Counted from the stretch's first letter, positions 29,349 to 40,469 are shown. The stretch: 64,000 nucleotides of DNA from an uncultured Chloroflexia bacterium (GCA_963700285.1 CAVOXA010000010.1:1408001-1472000), one strand, 5' to 3'. Program-made: numbers and translations. Notes: generated from the sequence alone by a model not told the origin.

Positions 29349-30749
29349 GTGACAGCATTGGAAAAAGTCTACGGGCATATTGAAGGTCATTTTGACGAGC
29401 ACCTGGAGCGGGTCAAGGACTTTGTCCGGCAGCCCTCTATCAGCGCCGACGGCACGGGCATGGCCGAGATGGCCGAGTTGGTGGCCGCGCAGATCCGGGA
29501 GGCGGGCGGCCAGGCCGAGATCGTGCCCACGCCAGGCTACCCGGTGGTCTATGGCGAGATCGACGCCGGCGCGCCCAAGACACTGCTGGTCTATGGCATG
29601 TACGACGTCCAGCCGGTGGTGGGCGAGACGTGGGACGTCTCCGATCCTTTTGGCGGCGAGGTCCTGGACCTGCCCGACCTGGGTCCCAGCCTGGTCAACC
29701 GGGGCGTCTTTAATAGCAAGGGGCCCCTGATCGGTGTATTCAACGCGCTGCAGAGCTTTCGGGCCACCGGCGAGCCCTACCCCGTCAACCTCAAGTTCAT
29801 GGTCGAGGGTGAGGAGGAGATGGGCAGCCGCAACCTGCCCGGCTTTGTCGAGGCCTACAAGGATCGCCTGCAGGCCGACTTTGCTTTCTTTGGCTTTTAC
29901 GCCCAGGATGTCAGGGGCAAAGTGATCATGTACCTGGGCGTCAAGGGCATTCTTTTCATGGAGCTGATCGCCCGCGGCGGCGATTGGGGCGGCCCGACTA
30001 CGCGCGGCATCCACGGCTCCAACGCCGTCTGGTTCCACAGCCCAACCTGGGCGCTGATCCAGGCGCTGTCCAGCATGTTTACCCCCGACCAGAAGCACAT
30101 CCTCATCGATGGCTTTTACGACGACATCGCCTCACCCTCGGCCGAGGACGAGGATCTGCTGCTGCGGCTGGCCGAGACCCTTACGCCGGAGACGCAACTG
30201 GAGGAGAACGACGTGCGCCGCTACAAGTACGACCTGGCCGGCGCGGACCTGATGCGCAAGTACCTCTACCAGCCCACCCTCAACATCGACGGCATCATCT
30301 CGGGCCACACGGCCGAGGGCACCAAGACCCTGCTGCCCCACGAGGCGCGGGCCAAGGTCGACATCCGCATGGTGCCGAATATGCGCCCGGAGCGGATGCT
30401 GCAATTGCTCGAGGATCACCTGGAGCGGCACGGCTATGGGGACAAGATCGAGGTCCATGTCGAGGACTCGTACCCACCGGCCAAGCTCCGCCTGAAGGGC
30501 AATCCGGCCGGCGAGGCGCTGCTCAAGAGCTACCGCGAGCTGGGCTACGAACCCGAGATCTGGCCCCACCTGGCCGGCTCGGCGCCCTTTTACCTCTTTA
30601 CCGAGGTGCTGGACATTCCCACGGCCATGGGCGGGCTGGGGCACGGCGCCCGGGCGCACAGCCCCAACGAGTACGTCACCCTGGCGGGCATGAAAGAGTA
30701 TGAAAAGTTGGTGGCCGCCTTCCTGGTGAACCTGGGAACCGCCGCGTGA
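29349..30749 (+). CDS. M20/M25/M40 metallopeptidase
   Basis: YGMYDVQP, RGVFNSKG, EGEEEMGS, AHSPNE. Confidence 0.9.
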   Translation: MTALEKVYGHIEGHFDEHLERVKDFVRQPSISADGTGMAEMAELVAAQIREAGGQAEIVPTPGYPVVYGEIDAGAPKTLLVYGMYDVQPVVGETWDVSDPFGGEVLDLPDLGPSLVNRGVFNSKGPLIGVFNALQSFRATGEPYPVNLKFMVEGEEEMGSRNLPGFVEAYKDRLQADFAFFGFYAQDVRGKVIMYLGVKGILFMELIARGGDWGGPTTRGIHGSNAVWFHSPTWALIQALSSMFTPDQKHILIDGFYDDIASPSAEDEDLLLRLAETLTPETQLEENDVRRYKYDLAGADLMRKYLYQPTLNIDGIISGHTAEGTKTLLPHEARAKVDIRMVPNMRPERMLQLLEDHLERHGYGDKIEVHVEDSYPPAKLRLKGNPAGEALLKSYRELGYEPEIWPHLAGSAPFYLFTEVLDIPTAMGGLGHGARAHSPNEYVTLAGMKEYEKLVAAFLVNLGTAA

Positions 30750-30849
30750 TCTGCTATATCGTCCGGCTCCTGCCAGTAGGCAGGTTCGCCAACTAGCCAT
30801 CTGGGGGCGATGGGATCACCCTGTCGTCCCTTCACTCATCATTAGCAGA

Positions 30850-30948
30850 AGACCTGACAGGTTTTCTTCGGATCTGTTAGGTGCTACGCCCAAGGCAACC
30901 CTGGCAATCGTTCAAGTCTTGAGCGCGAGGCAGAAACCTGTCAGGTCT
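30850..30948. repeat. REP pair AGACCTGACAGGTTT / AAACCTGTCAGGTCT
   Basis: 15-bp perfect arms, intergenic. Confidence 0.85.
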
Positions 30949-30961
30949 CTCCAGAAGGAGG

Positions 30962-31732
30962 ATGAGCATGCGCATCATCTACGTTGTGCCCGCACCCATG
31001 GGCCGGACGCCGGAGGGTGCTGAGGAATTGGCCAGGCGGGGCAGGGTTCTGCGCGAGTACGCCGCCCCAGGCACAGAGGTTGACATCATCGATGTGCCCC
31101 AGGGGCCGGCATCCATCGAGTCGATGTACGAGGAGTATATCAGCATCCCGGCCACCGCCGAGCGCGTCCTGGAGGCCGAGGAACAGGGCTACGACGCCGC
31201 CATCGTGGGCTGCTTTGGCGATCCGGGGCTGGATGCCTTCCGGGAGCTGACCGAGATGCTGGTTGTGGGCCCCGGGGAGTCGTCCTTCCTGGCGGCGGCC
31301 ATGCTGGGCCACAGTTTTTCGGTGGTCACGGTGACGGCCAGTGTCATTGCCTCGACAAAACGAGAGGTGCGCAACGCGGGCGTTGGCGACAAACTGGCCT
31401 CGGTGCGCGTCGTCGAAACGCCGGTGCTGGAGCTGGCCCGGGATCGAGGGGCGACCCTGGACAAGCTGGTTGCCGAGGGGCGCCAGGCGCTGGACCTCGA
31501 CGGCGCCGACACCCTGGTGTTGGGCTGCATGACCATGGGCTTTCTGGGCGTGGCCGAGGAACTGTCCCAGCGGCTGGGCGTGCCGGTCGTCAATCCCAGC
31601 CTTTGGTGCCTCAAGATGGCCGAGGCCATGGCCGGCGCCGGCTACAGCCACAGCAAAAAGGCGTACATGACGCCGCCCAAGGTGGCCATGGGTTTGGTAT
31701 CGAGCAGCCGCGACCTGTTGGTGTCGCATTAG
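30962..31732 (+). CDS. Asp/Glu/hydantoin racemase family protein
   Basis: GPASIES, VGCFGDPG, LGCMTM (two catalytic Cys). Confidence 0.9.
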   Translation: MSMRIIYVVPAPMGRTPEGAEELARRGRVLREYAAPGTEVDIIDVPQGPASIESMYEEYISIPATAERVLEAEEQGYDAAIVGCFGDPGLDAFRELTEMLVVGPGESSFLAAAMLGHSFSVVTVTASVIASTKREVRNAGVGDKLASVRVVETPVLELARDRGATLDKLVAEGRQALDLDGADTLVLGCMTMGFLGVAEELSQRLGVPVVNPSLWCLKMAEAMAGAGYSHSKKAYMTPPKVAMGLVSSSRDLLVSH

Positions 31733-31741
31733 GACTGAGTG

Positions 31742-31893
31742 AACCGCAGAGACGCAGAGGACGTGGAGAGGGGGAGACGGGGAGAGGGGGAGAGAGGGAG
31801 ATACGGAGATCTGCCTTGTTGGGGGAGGCTCCAAGTCGAACAGCGATGGAACTCTTGCCAAACATCCTCCATGTTTTCTGTGTCTCTGTAGTG
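31742..31893. repeat. CAGAG-type imperfect inverted repeat enclosing 8-bp purine-rich tandem repeats
   Basis: AACCGCAGAGACGCAGAG ... TTCTGTGTCTCTGTAGTG; GGAGAGGG/GGAGACGG runs. Confidence 0.55.
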
Positions 31894-31906
31894 AGGAGAG
31901 TATACG

Positions 31907-33661
31907 ATGACGACAGCGATTCAAGACGAGGCCCGGGGCGCGGTAAGCAGCGAGCGGCTGTATGGTGACGTTGAGTGGTTCAGCCACGTCCGGCGGGACA
32001 CGGGCGGACCGGGTGAGGATCTGGCGGCGGACTATATCGCCGCGCAACTGGCCGCGGCCGGGGTACCGGTGACGGCGCACGAGTTCGACGCCTTCCTGAG
32101 CTACCCCGTCTCGGCCAGGCTGGAGGCGTTGGCGCCGGAAGCGGCTGAGATCCGGTGTGTCACCCACTCCTTCGCCCTATCGACGGGCCCGGAGGGACTG
32201 GTCACCGATCTGATCCATCTGGGCGACGGCGATGATGCCGACGCGCTGGAGTTGGAGCGCGCCGAAGGAAAGGCCGCCCTCATCGACGGGCTGGCCACGC
32301 CGGTAACCGTCCTGCGGGCCAGCCAGGCCGGCTGCGCCGCCATCATCTTTGCCAACAAGGGCCACGCCATCCACAACATGATCTGTCACCACCATCTGGG
32401 GCACGCCCGGGCTGGATCAGCTCGACCGGCTGCCCCAGTTGCCCGCCATCTCTATCGACAGGGAGGGCGGCGAACTGCTGAAGCGACTGCTGGCCCGGGA
32501 CGAGGGGCTCAAGATCAGGCTCACGACCCAGGTGGACACCGGCTGGCGCAAAAGCATCCTGCCCGAAGTCCGCATTCCAGGGACCGAGGGAGCCGGAGCG
32601 CTTTGTTCTGGTGGGCGGCCACTCCTGCGGCTGGGACGTAGGCGTCACCGACAATGGGACGGGCGACGCGGCTATGCTGGAACTGGCGCGTATCCTGTGG
32701 CAGCATCGCGACCAACTCGGGCGTGGCGTGCGCATCTGCTGGTGGCCGGGCCACTCGCACGGGCGCTACAGCGGCTCGACCTGGTACGCTGACACCTTTT
32801 TCGCCGATCTGGCCGACAACTGCCTGGCCTATCACAACATCGACTCGCCCGGGGTCCGGGGCGCGACGCGCTACGTCGCCCGGCATACCTCGGCCGAGAC
32901 GCAGCGGTTCTGCCAGGCCGTCATCCAGGGGCCAGACCGGCCAGCAGGAGGTTGAGGTCCACCGGCCCAACCGGGCCGCCGACCAGGCTTTTCTGGCCAA
33001 TGGCGTGCCCTCCTTTTCTACCTATCCACTGCTGCCGCTGGACCATCCCGACCGCTGGACGTGGACCGGCGGCTCGGCCAACGCCTGGTGGTGGCACAGC
33101 GAGCACGACACCCTGGACAAGGCGGACGTGGATATCCTGGCCCTGGATACGCGGATCTCCCTGACGGCCATCCTGGAGCTGGCCAATAGCGAGCTGCTGC
33201 CCTTTGAGCACGTCAGCACGGCGCGGGAGATCCGGGATGTGACGGCCGATCTACAACAGAAAGTAGGCGTTCACCTGGACCTGGGGCCGGTGGAAGGCAA
33301 AGGGCGGAGGCTGTCAGCCGCGGCCCTGGCGCTGGAAGAGGCCAAAGAGCGGGTTGCGGGCGATGCCGCCGGGGCAGACGTTTTGAACGGGGCCATCATG
33401 CGCATCAGCCGGGCGCTGAATCCGGTCCTCTATAGCCAGAGCGGGCGATTTCATCACGATCCGGCCGACTGGCTGCCGTCTATGAAGAATTCGGCCGGCC
33501 AGGTTCTGCCTGGCCTGAGCCGGGCCGTGGCTTTGCCCCGGCTGGCGGGGCAGTTCGAATACGGCTTCCTGCGCGCCCAGATGGTACGGGAGAGGAACCG
33601 GCTGGTCACGGCGTTGTGCGAGGCGGTCCGGATAGCCGAGGATGCACTGGAAGTTATGTAG
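31907..33661 (+). CDS. M28-family peptidase with PA domain (frameshifted)
   Basis: GGH...GVTDNGTG, WWPGHSHGRYSGS, NIDSPG, WWHSEHDTLDK. Confidence 0.82.
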
Positions 33662-33762
33662 GGCAAGCCTGTCCTGAGCGCGCGAAGGATCTGCCAGCTT
33701 GCCCCGGTTTGATAAGGTGCCAACTTGGCCCTACAGGAGGAACTGCCGAGGAGCAGCGATCG

Positions 33763-34605
33763 ATGTTTGTAGAAATCAATGGCAATCAATTGTATTATGA
33801 AGAGCTGGGGACAGGGAACGCTCAGGCCATCCTGTGCTTTCATGGCGCGCCGGGCCTGGGCGACCATCGCGAGCCCAAGGGTTCCTGGGGGCGGCTGGCC
33901 AACCGGTACCGGGTCATCGTCCAGGACCAGCGCGGCAGCGGCCGGTCGGGACTGAACCCGCCCTTTACCCACAAGCAGTGGGTGGACGACGCCGATGCCC
34001 TGCGCCAGCACCTGGGGCTGGGCAAGGTCGTCGTCGCCGGCGGTTCCTACGGCGGGTTTCTGTCGCAGGAGTATGTGCTGGCCTACCCGGAGAACGTGCT
34101 GGCGGTGATGCTGCGCGATACCAGCGCCGATCACGGTTGGGACAAACAGGCCGAAGCCAATGCGCTGGCCAGTCCCAGGATCAAGGACACGCTGGACCTG
34201 GAGAAATACCGGCGGACCATGGATGGCAAATGCCTGTCGGACGAGGACATGCGCGACTGCTATGCCGAGATCCAGCCGCTCTACAACGTCGACTGGGACC
34301 CGGTCAAGGATGCCGAACGCCTCAAGTCGATCCACTTTCACCACGCCACCCACAATTATGCCTTTCGCTACAACCTGCCCGGCTGGGACATCAAGCCGCG
34401 CCTGGCCGAGATCCGGGTGCCGGTCTTGATCACCCACGGCCGGCACGATTGGATCGTGCCCCTGGAGGCGGCGGAAGAGCTGGATCGCAGGATTGCCGAG
34501 TCCCGGTTGGTAGTCTTTGAGAACAGCGGCCACTCGCCGCAGATCGAGGAACTGGAGTTGTGGGAGGCCGCCGTACGCCAGTTTTTGGCGGAGTACGGGC
34601 TATAG
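33763..34605 (+). CDS. Alpha/beta hydrolase, proline iminopeptidase-like
   Basis: HGAPG, DQRGSGRS, GGSYGG, GRHD, SGHSP. Confidence 0.88.
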   Translation: MFVEINGNQLYYEELGTGNAQAILCFHGAPGLGDHREPKGSWGRLANRYRVIVQDQRGSGRSGLNPPFTHKQWVDDADALRQHLGLGKVVVAGGSYGGFLSQEYVLAYPENVLAVMLRDTSADHGWDKQAEANALASPRIKDTLDLEKYRRTMDGKCLSDEDMRDCYAEIQPLYNVDWDPVKDAERLKSIHFHHATHNYAFRYNLPGWDIKPRLAEIRVPVLITHGRHDWIVPLEAAEELDRRIAESRLVVFENSGHSPQIEELELWEAAVRQFLAEYGL

Positions 34606-34773
34606 GTGTACTCGCGGCAATTGCTCGTGCTGGACCCGATCCCCGCACTTCTGAGACACAGTCTAGCGCACTGGCGAGGCAGCGTGGACTGTGGTCCACG
34701 CAGAGCAGATGGGAAGGGCGACCTTCGCCCAACAGGGGTTTAGACAGCAAGTCAGAAAACAGGAGGCATCACG

Positions 34774-35979
34774 ATGCAAAAAAAGACCTATACCGGCTAC
34801 AAATCGTACCAGATACCTGGAGCCAGGGGTGGACTATCGTCCCTTCGAGCTGGCCAAAGAGGTCGGCCGGGTGGAGCCCTACGTCTACCCGGCGTCGGAA
34901 GCGCAGGAGCGCAGGGTACAGCAACTGCTGGCCGAGAACATCATTGTCTCGGCCCACGATCACACCTCGATCTTTCCCGAGGATTTTCGCCAGATTTTTG
35001 AGTACATCCGGCAGGGGCGGGAATGGACCGGCTACGAAGGGCTGAGCGTGTCGGGCATCGACATTCTCTTTGAGAACTTCATGGACGGCACGGCCCTGAT
35101 CACCTCCAACGCGGGCTGGAAGTGGACCGACGTCATCCACGACATCGGCCTGCGCTTCAGCGACTTTGCCCACCAGGAGATGGTCTACGTGGCCAGGACC
35201 ATCGACGACCTGTACCGGGCCAAGCCGGAGGGCAAGATCGCCTTCGTGGCCACGCTGGAATCGGCTATGCCCATCGAGAACGAGCTGGACCGCGTCGACA
35301 TCCTCTACGGCCTGGGCATCCGCTCCATGGGCATCACCTATTCGGAGGCCAACGCCCTGGGCTCGGGTCTGAAGGAGACCAACGACGGCGGTCTGACCCA
35401 GTTCGGCCGCCAGGTGGTGCAAGCGGATGAACAAGCTGGGCATGACCATTGACACCAGCCCACTGCGGCGACCAGACCGCCCTGGACTCTATCGAGCTCA
35501 GCGAAAAGCCGACCCTCATCTCGCACGTCGGCGCCCGGGCATTGTGGAACACGAACCGCATGAAGCCCGACTATGTGCTCAAGGCCTGCGCCGAGAAGGG
35601 CGGCGTCATCGGCATCGAGGCGGCACCGCATACGACGTTGACCGAGAATCACCCCGACCATTCCATCGAATCGTACATGGAGCACTTTGAGTACGTGGCC
35701 GAGCTGATCGGCATCGAGCACGTGGCCTTTGGGCCCGACACGCTCTTTGGCGACCACGTGGGCCTGCACCATGCCTTTGCCAGCCAGCTTTCCATCGGCT
35801 CGGCGCACGCCGGGGTGAAGTTCGACGAGGTCGACTATGTCAAGGGCCTGGAGAATCCCAGCGAGGTCATGCCCAACGTGGCCCGCTGGCTGGTGACCCA
35901 TGGCTACAGCGACGAGGATATCGCCAAGGTGATGGGCCTGAACGTGCTGCGCGTGCTGGAGGAGACCTGGGTCCGCTAG
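34774..35979 (+). CDS. M19 membrane dipeptidase family (frameshifted)
   Basis: SAHDH, DGGLTQFG, MNKLGMTID, ISHVGAR, GIEHVAFGPD, GLNVLRVL. Confidence 0.88.
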
Positions 35980-36169
35980 ATGCAGCGCAGTTCTGGCAGG
36001 GGCGGCTGGCGAACCGCTCCTGCCAGATCAGTGATGTTCGCCGCGTACAACACCATCCTCCCCTCGTCGTCGCCAAAGTAGATCCATTCCTCGCCAGAAA
36101 GATCTGTTCAATCCTACGATCCGGCCTGGCAGAGATCATCGCGTGCATCAACTCATTTTTAGAAAGATT

Positions 36170-36232
36170 TAACCTATCTGTTACCTAAAATCTACCTTTT
36201 TCCTTGCCGAAATCTACCTTTTGTGGTATAAT
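36170..36232 (+). promoter_or_regulatory. Promoter TTGCCG-N17-TATAAT with 11-bp-phased ACCT direct repeats
   Basis: AAATCTACCTTTT at 36188 and 36210; (A/T)ACCT at 36171, 36182, 36193, 36215. Confidence 0.65.
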
Positions 36233-36689
36233 AAGGTCAAGAGGTTATAGCTACCTCCCAGCCCCCTGGCTGGGGCGCCTTGTTGCGCCCCAAACAGGCG
36301 ATGCCCTCTTGTGACTGGCTGTAGGAGGCCCTACGGTCTGCGCACCCTGGTTGCCAGGGGCAACTGACCTACGTGGTGCGCGATCTGTTGGAGGACCAGG
36401 TAGCGCCTTCTTCTGGTGTGCACAATGGCGTGCTGGGATCATGCTGCCCATGGCATCCCAGGCCGGGCAGGATGGACCCCAATCATCGGCAAGTCTGGGA
36501 GTAAGAGAGGGGAGGTGGTGTCAACTCCAAACTGCGTCGTAGGTGTTGGCGCGTAGTGGCGCGCCAGAAGAGCATGCTCGCCCTCCGGGCGAGTGATGGC
36601 ATGCCGTCTATTTGGCTTGCGCCCTGTGCACGAGGGTGCAGCCCCGAGTGTACCCAAATCTCTGATTCGCTTAAGCAAGGAGGACATCG

Positions 36690-37932
36690 ATGTCAAAGAA
36701 TCTAGGAAGATTGATGATCTTGGTGGCGGTCACCACGCTGTTGGTGGGGCTGCTCATCGCCGGGCAGGGCCTGGCGCAAAACGATCTGACGGACGAAGAG
36801 CTACTGGGCGAGTTCCTCTACTTTGACGAGAACCTGTCCGAACCGGCCGGCCAAGTCGTGCGCCAGTTGCCACCTTCCCAAAGCTGGCTTCGTGGACCCC
36901 GATAAGGGGCTGCCCGTGTCTAGGGGCGTGATCACTGACCGCTTTGGCAACCGCAATTCCCCCGCATCGGCCTATGCCATGTACGCGCCCAAGTTCGACG
37001 AAGTCGAGGAGGTCGGCGGCCAGTTCTGGGACGGCAGGGCTACCGGCGAAGTACTGGGCGACCCGCTGGCCGACCAGGCTCTTGGGCCGTTCTTGAACCC
37101 GGTGGAGATGAATAATCCCGACAGGGAGACCGTGATCGCCGATGCTTTAGGTGGGGATTACGGTGACCTGTTCATCGAGGTGTGTGGCGACGGGAGTGAC
37201 GTAGAGGCCGCCTACAACTGCATCGCGATGTCGATCGCTGCCTTTGAGCGTACCGCGCTGTTTGGCCAGTTCAGCTCCAAGTACGACGCCTATCTCCAGG
37301 CCTGCCTGGACCTGAGGGTGGGGACAAGGACGACTGTGCGGTGGGGTTCAGGCACCAGAGCGGAAGAGGCAGGGGGCGATGTCTTCACCCAGCAAAGAGT
37401 GGGCCGGCTTCCAGCTCTTCATGAACGACGACAACGACAACGACGGTATCCTGGAACGGGCGAGGGAGCGGCATGTGTCGCCTGCCACGTAGCAGACTGG
37501 ATCGACCCAGCCGACTATGGCAGACCTAGACGTCGTTGTGGCCGGACTGGTCGCCCGATGGCTTGGTGCCGCCCGTGTTCACCGATTTTACCTACGACAA
37601 CCTGGGCGTGCCCAAGAGCACCCACAGACTCTTGCGGGACGAATGCCGGATGATCTGGGCCTGGGTGCCATCGTGGATGATGCAGCCGAGAACGGCAAGT
37701 TCAAGGTCATGACCCTGCGCAACATCCAGCTCACCAAGCCCTACGCCCACAATGGGTTCTTCAAGAGCCTCAAGGACATCACCCATTTCTACAATACCCG
37801 GGACGTGGGGAAATGGCCACCGCCTGAGGTAGATGAGGATGTGAACAAGATGCTGAACTGGGCAACCTGGGGCTGAGCACTGCAGACGAAGCGGCCCTGG
37901 TCGAGTTCATGAAGACGCTGACCGACAAATAG
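36690..37932 (+). CDS. Di-heme cytochrome c peroxidase / MauG family (frameshifted)
   Basis: Signal peptide, LYFDENLS, CASCH, GQFWDGRA, NPVEM, CVACH, GKFKV.TLRNI..T.PY.HNG. Confidence 0.88.
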
Positions 37933-37963
37933 CCAGACGTCCGGTTCTACCGGAAAGATCGAC

Positions 37964-37998
37964 AGCGGGCGAGGACCTAGGTCCTCGCCCGCTATTTT
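37964..37998 (+). terminator. Rho-independent terminator
   Basis: AGCGGGCGAGGAC-CTAG-GTCCTCGCCCGCT then ATTTT. Confidence 0.8.
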
Positions 37999-38124
37999 GT
38001 GTCAGAATGCCACCCGCATTCTGGCTACAAGCGGGTTCGTGACCAGTCCTTGCCGGGAGACCAGTTCGGAATCGGAGCTCTGGCCTGCCCCCTGGGGGGG
38101 CAGCACCTGCTGGGCAGCCGCGAC

Positions 38125-39066
38125 CTATAGCCCCAGGTTTGGCAGTTGCACGAACATCAGCACGCAGGAGGCGATGGCCGCCAGGGCCAGGGCGGCGATC
38201 AGCAGGATGAGCACCGTTTTCACGCCGCGAAGGTGGCGCGTCTGGCGCTGCTGCTCCTCCAGGATCTGGCCCAGCAGCCAGTTGGCGCGATCCTCCTCGG
38301 TGTCGATGCCTCGCGCATAGTCCTGGATGGCTGCCGCGATCTCTTCGTCGCCCATGTCCAGCTCGCCCAGTTCGGCCGGGTCCCCCTTTTTGCGCCGCCG
38401 GCTGACCATCTCGATGGCGCTGGGGTAGCTCATGGCAGCAAGCCGGTCGCGGCGCATGCGCCGGGGCACGAAAGCCTGGTACAGTACGGCGCCGCTTGGC
38501 CCCTCGTCGACGAGCAGCGCTGTGGTGTAATCCGGGATCTCGGCGTCCGGGGGTGGCTCGGCATAGGCCGGTGGTTCTACGCTGGCAGGTTCAGCATAGT
38601 CCTGAGGCTCCACCTCGGCCGGCGCTGGATCGACCGTTGGCGCCTCGGCTTCCATCGGCAGTTCGTCGCCATAGTCGATCTGCTCGAGGCTGGCAGGAGG
38701 CTCAGCGTCAGCCGGTTCGGCAGTATCCTGAGGCTCCACCTCGGCCTGCGCCAGATCAACCGTTGGCGCCCCGGCTTCCATCGGCAGTTCGTCGCCGTAG
38801 TCGAACTGCTCGAAGCTGGCGGGGGGCTCAACGCCAGAGAAATACTCGTCATAATCTGATGGCTCGAGATCGACGAGGGGTTCATCAAACAGTAGGCCGG
38901 CATCCTCTGGCGGCTCGAGGTCGATGGGGGGCTCGTCAAGCGGTGGCTCGACATAGTCTGGCGGCTCGACGCCGGCCGGCGCATCATCATCACCCATCAG
39001 TTCTTCGTATTCCACCGGTGGTTCGGCATGGTCTGGGGTACCGGCGTCGCTTGGTCGTTCGTCCAT
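38125..39066 (-). CDS. Acidic Pro/Glu-rich protein with internal 42-aa duplication and C-terminal TM helix
   Basis: GGAGG RBS before MDERP; 126-bp repeat (38647/38773). Confidence 0.75.
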   Translation of the reverse strand: MDERPSDAGTPDHAEPPVEYEELMGDDDAPAGVEPPDYVEPPLDEPPIDLEPPEDAGLLFDEPLVDLEPSDYDEYFSGVEPPASFEQFDYGDELPMEAGAPTVDLAQAEVEPQDTAEPADAEPPASLEQIDYGDELPMEAEAPTVDPAPAEVEPQDYAEPASVEPPAYAEPPPDAEIPDYTTALLVDEGPSGAVLYQAFVPRRMRRDRLAAMSYPSAIEMVSRRRKKGDPAELGELDMGDEEIAAAIQDYARGIDTEEDRANWLLGQILEEQQRQTRHLRGVKTVLILLIAALALAAIASCVLMFVQLPNLGL

Positions 39067-39336
39067 GGTTGCGTCCTCCCACAATCGGAACAGCGTGCCT
39101 GCCTTGGGCCGGGGACATTCTTGGTCCTCGCGTTGGCGCCCACGTTGCACCAGGGTCCAGGCCCTGAGCAGATCGAAAACCGCAGCATTGCTCGGACAAC
39201 AGTATACCATCAGGGGGAAGAAAAAGCAAAGCGTTGCGCGTTGGGTATTCGTTGGCAGGGAGCTCTGTCATTTTCGTGCGAACGCCTGGCCCCGCATGTG
39301 GGCCAGGCGTTCGTGTGCATAGATGGCGAGAACGGC

Positions 39337-39459
39337 TCAGGCCGGGTTGTAGAACACACTGAAGGCCACCAGGAAGGCAGCCAGGAGCACGGTGTTCAGC
39401 CAGCCGATGGCGGGCATGCCGGCAAAGAGCATGCCATACAGCATGACCAGAACACCCAT
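39337..39459 (-). CDS. 40-aa hydrophobic peptide
   Basis: AAGGAGG RBS; MGVLVMLYGMLFAGMPAIGWLNTVLLAAFLVAFSVFYNPA; stem-loop 39279-39313 downstream. Confidence 0.55.
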   Translation of the reverse strand: MGVLVMLYGMLFAGMPAIGWLNTVLLAAFLVAFSVFYNPA

Positions 39460-39818
39460 CTGCCTTTCGCCTCCTTCAGCGCTCTGTGCTTGTAGATTGA
39501 CTCGACGGCCAACGGGGTGGATGGTACACAGGATTCCCTGCCCCAAAGGGGTCAGGGACCGCAACGCGCTCTCCCGGAGATCACCCCCTTTCCCTGAAAG
39601 TGCCTGCCCGCAACCATAGCGGGCTCAAAAGAAAACACGACTGCCCGACCATCTGGCTCGCACCGAACCCGCGGCAGCATGGGGCCAACGGCCCATCTTC
39701 ACTGATCACGGAAACGCTAGAGATAGGCGCCGGAGATCTGCCGCCTATCTGGGTTCTTTTGGTTTCTCTGGCCCTACGGTGATGCAACAGTGTTCTTCGG
39801 GAAGGTTTTTACACAACC

Positions 39819-39847
39819 ATTATACTGCCCGAGGAGTACTTTGTCAA
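39819..39847 (-). promoter_or_regulatory. Perfect sigma70 promoter TTGACA-N17-TATAAT
   Basis: Reverse complement of ATTATACTGCCCGAGGAGTACTTTGTCAA. Confidence 0.8.
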
Positions 39848-39955
39848 TCCCCCGATTGGTGTGCAGGGGGTTATGCATGCTGAAGGTGTGTTCGGCAAGT
39901 GACAGCTTTTCTGGGGAGACAGGCTGCGTTCCGTCAGCGATAGCCTTGCATGCAT

Positions 39956-40403
39956 CTACAGGTCGTGCAGGATGTCGTCCTGCCTGGCCCACATGACGCA
40001 TCTTTTCAGCTTCATCGGCGTGGTCGTAGCCCAGCAGGTGCAGCAGGCCGTGCACGATGAGCAGGTGGAGTTCCAGTTCGAGGGGATGCCCAAGCTCTTG
40101 CGGCCTGGGCCGCGGCGCGGGGATAGGAGATGATCACATCGCCCAGGTATCCCTCGGCTTCGGGAGCGACGACAAAGGACCGCATCTCCTCCTGAGCGCT
40201 GAAGGCCAGTACGTCGGTGGGCGCATCAATGCCCAGAAAATCACGGTTGAGTTCGCTGGATGCCCTGGTCGTCGGTGATGACCAGCGTGACCTGGCCGGT
40301 TGTGTCCTCCTGGCGCAGAACCGCCATGGCTACCGCGCTCAGGCGCTTCTGCCGAGAGTTCCTGTTCAAAAGCCGGTGCAATCTGAACCTCAACCTCAGC
40401 CAT
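39956..40403 (-). CDS. ybeY: rRNA maturation RNase YbeY (frameshifted)
   Basis: PTDVLAF, YLGDVIIS, HGLLHLLGYDH. Confidence 0.88.
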
Positions 40404-40469
40404 CAGCTTCACCCCCGGTGCTGAAGCGGCGGCCAGGAACCAGGACAGGGTACAATCTGAACCCTAGTC

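Noticed and set aside
39655-39685. c-di-AMP (ydaO) riboswitch from CCGAACCCG
   Set aside because: Wrong strand for the transcript and other conserved blocks were not found
39785-39796. Third LexA box (CAACAGTGTTC)
   Set aside because: Spacer is 3 nt rather than 4 and one half-site mismatches
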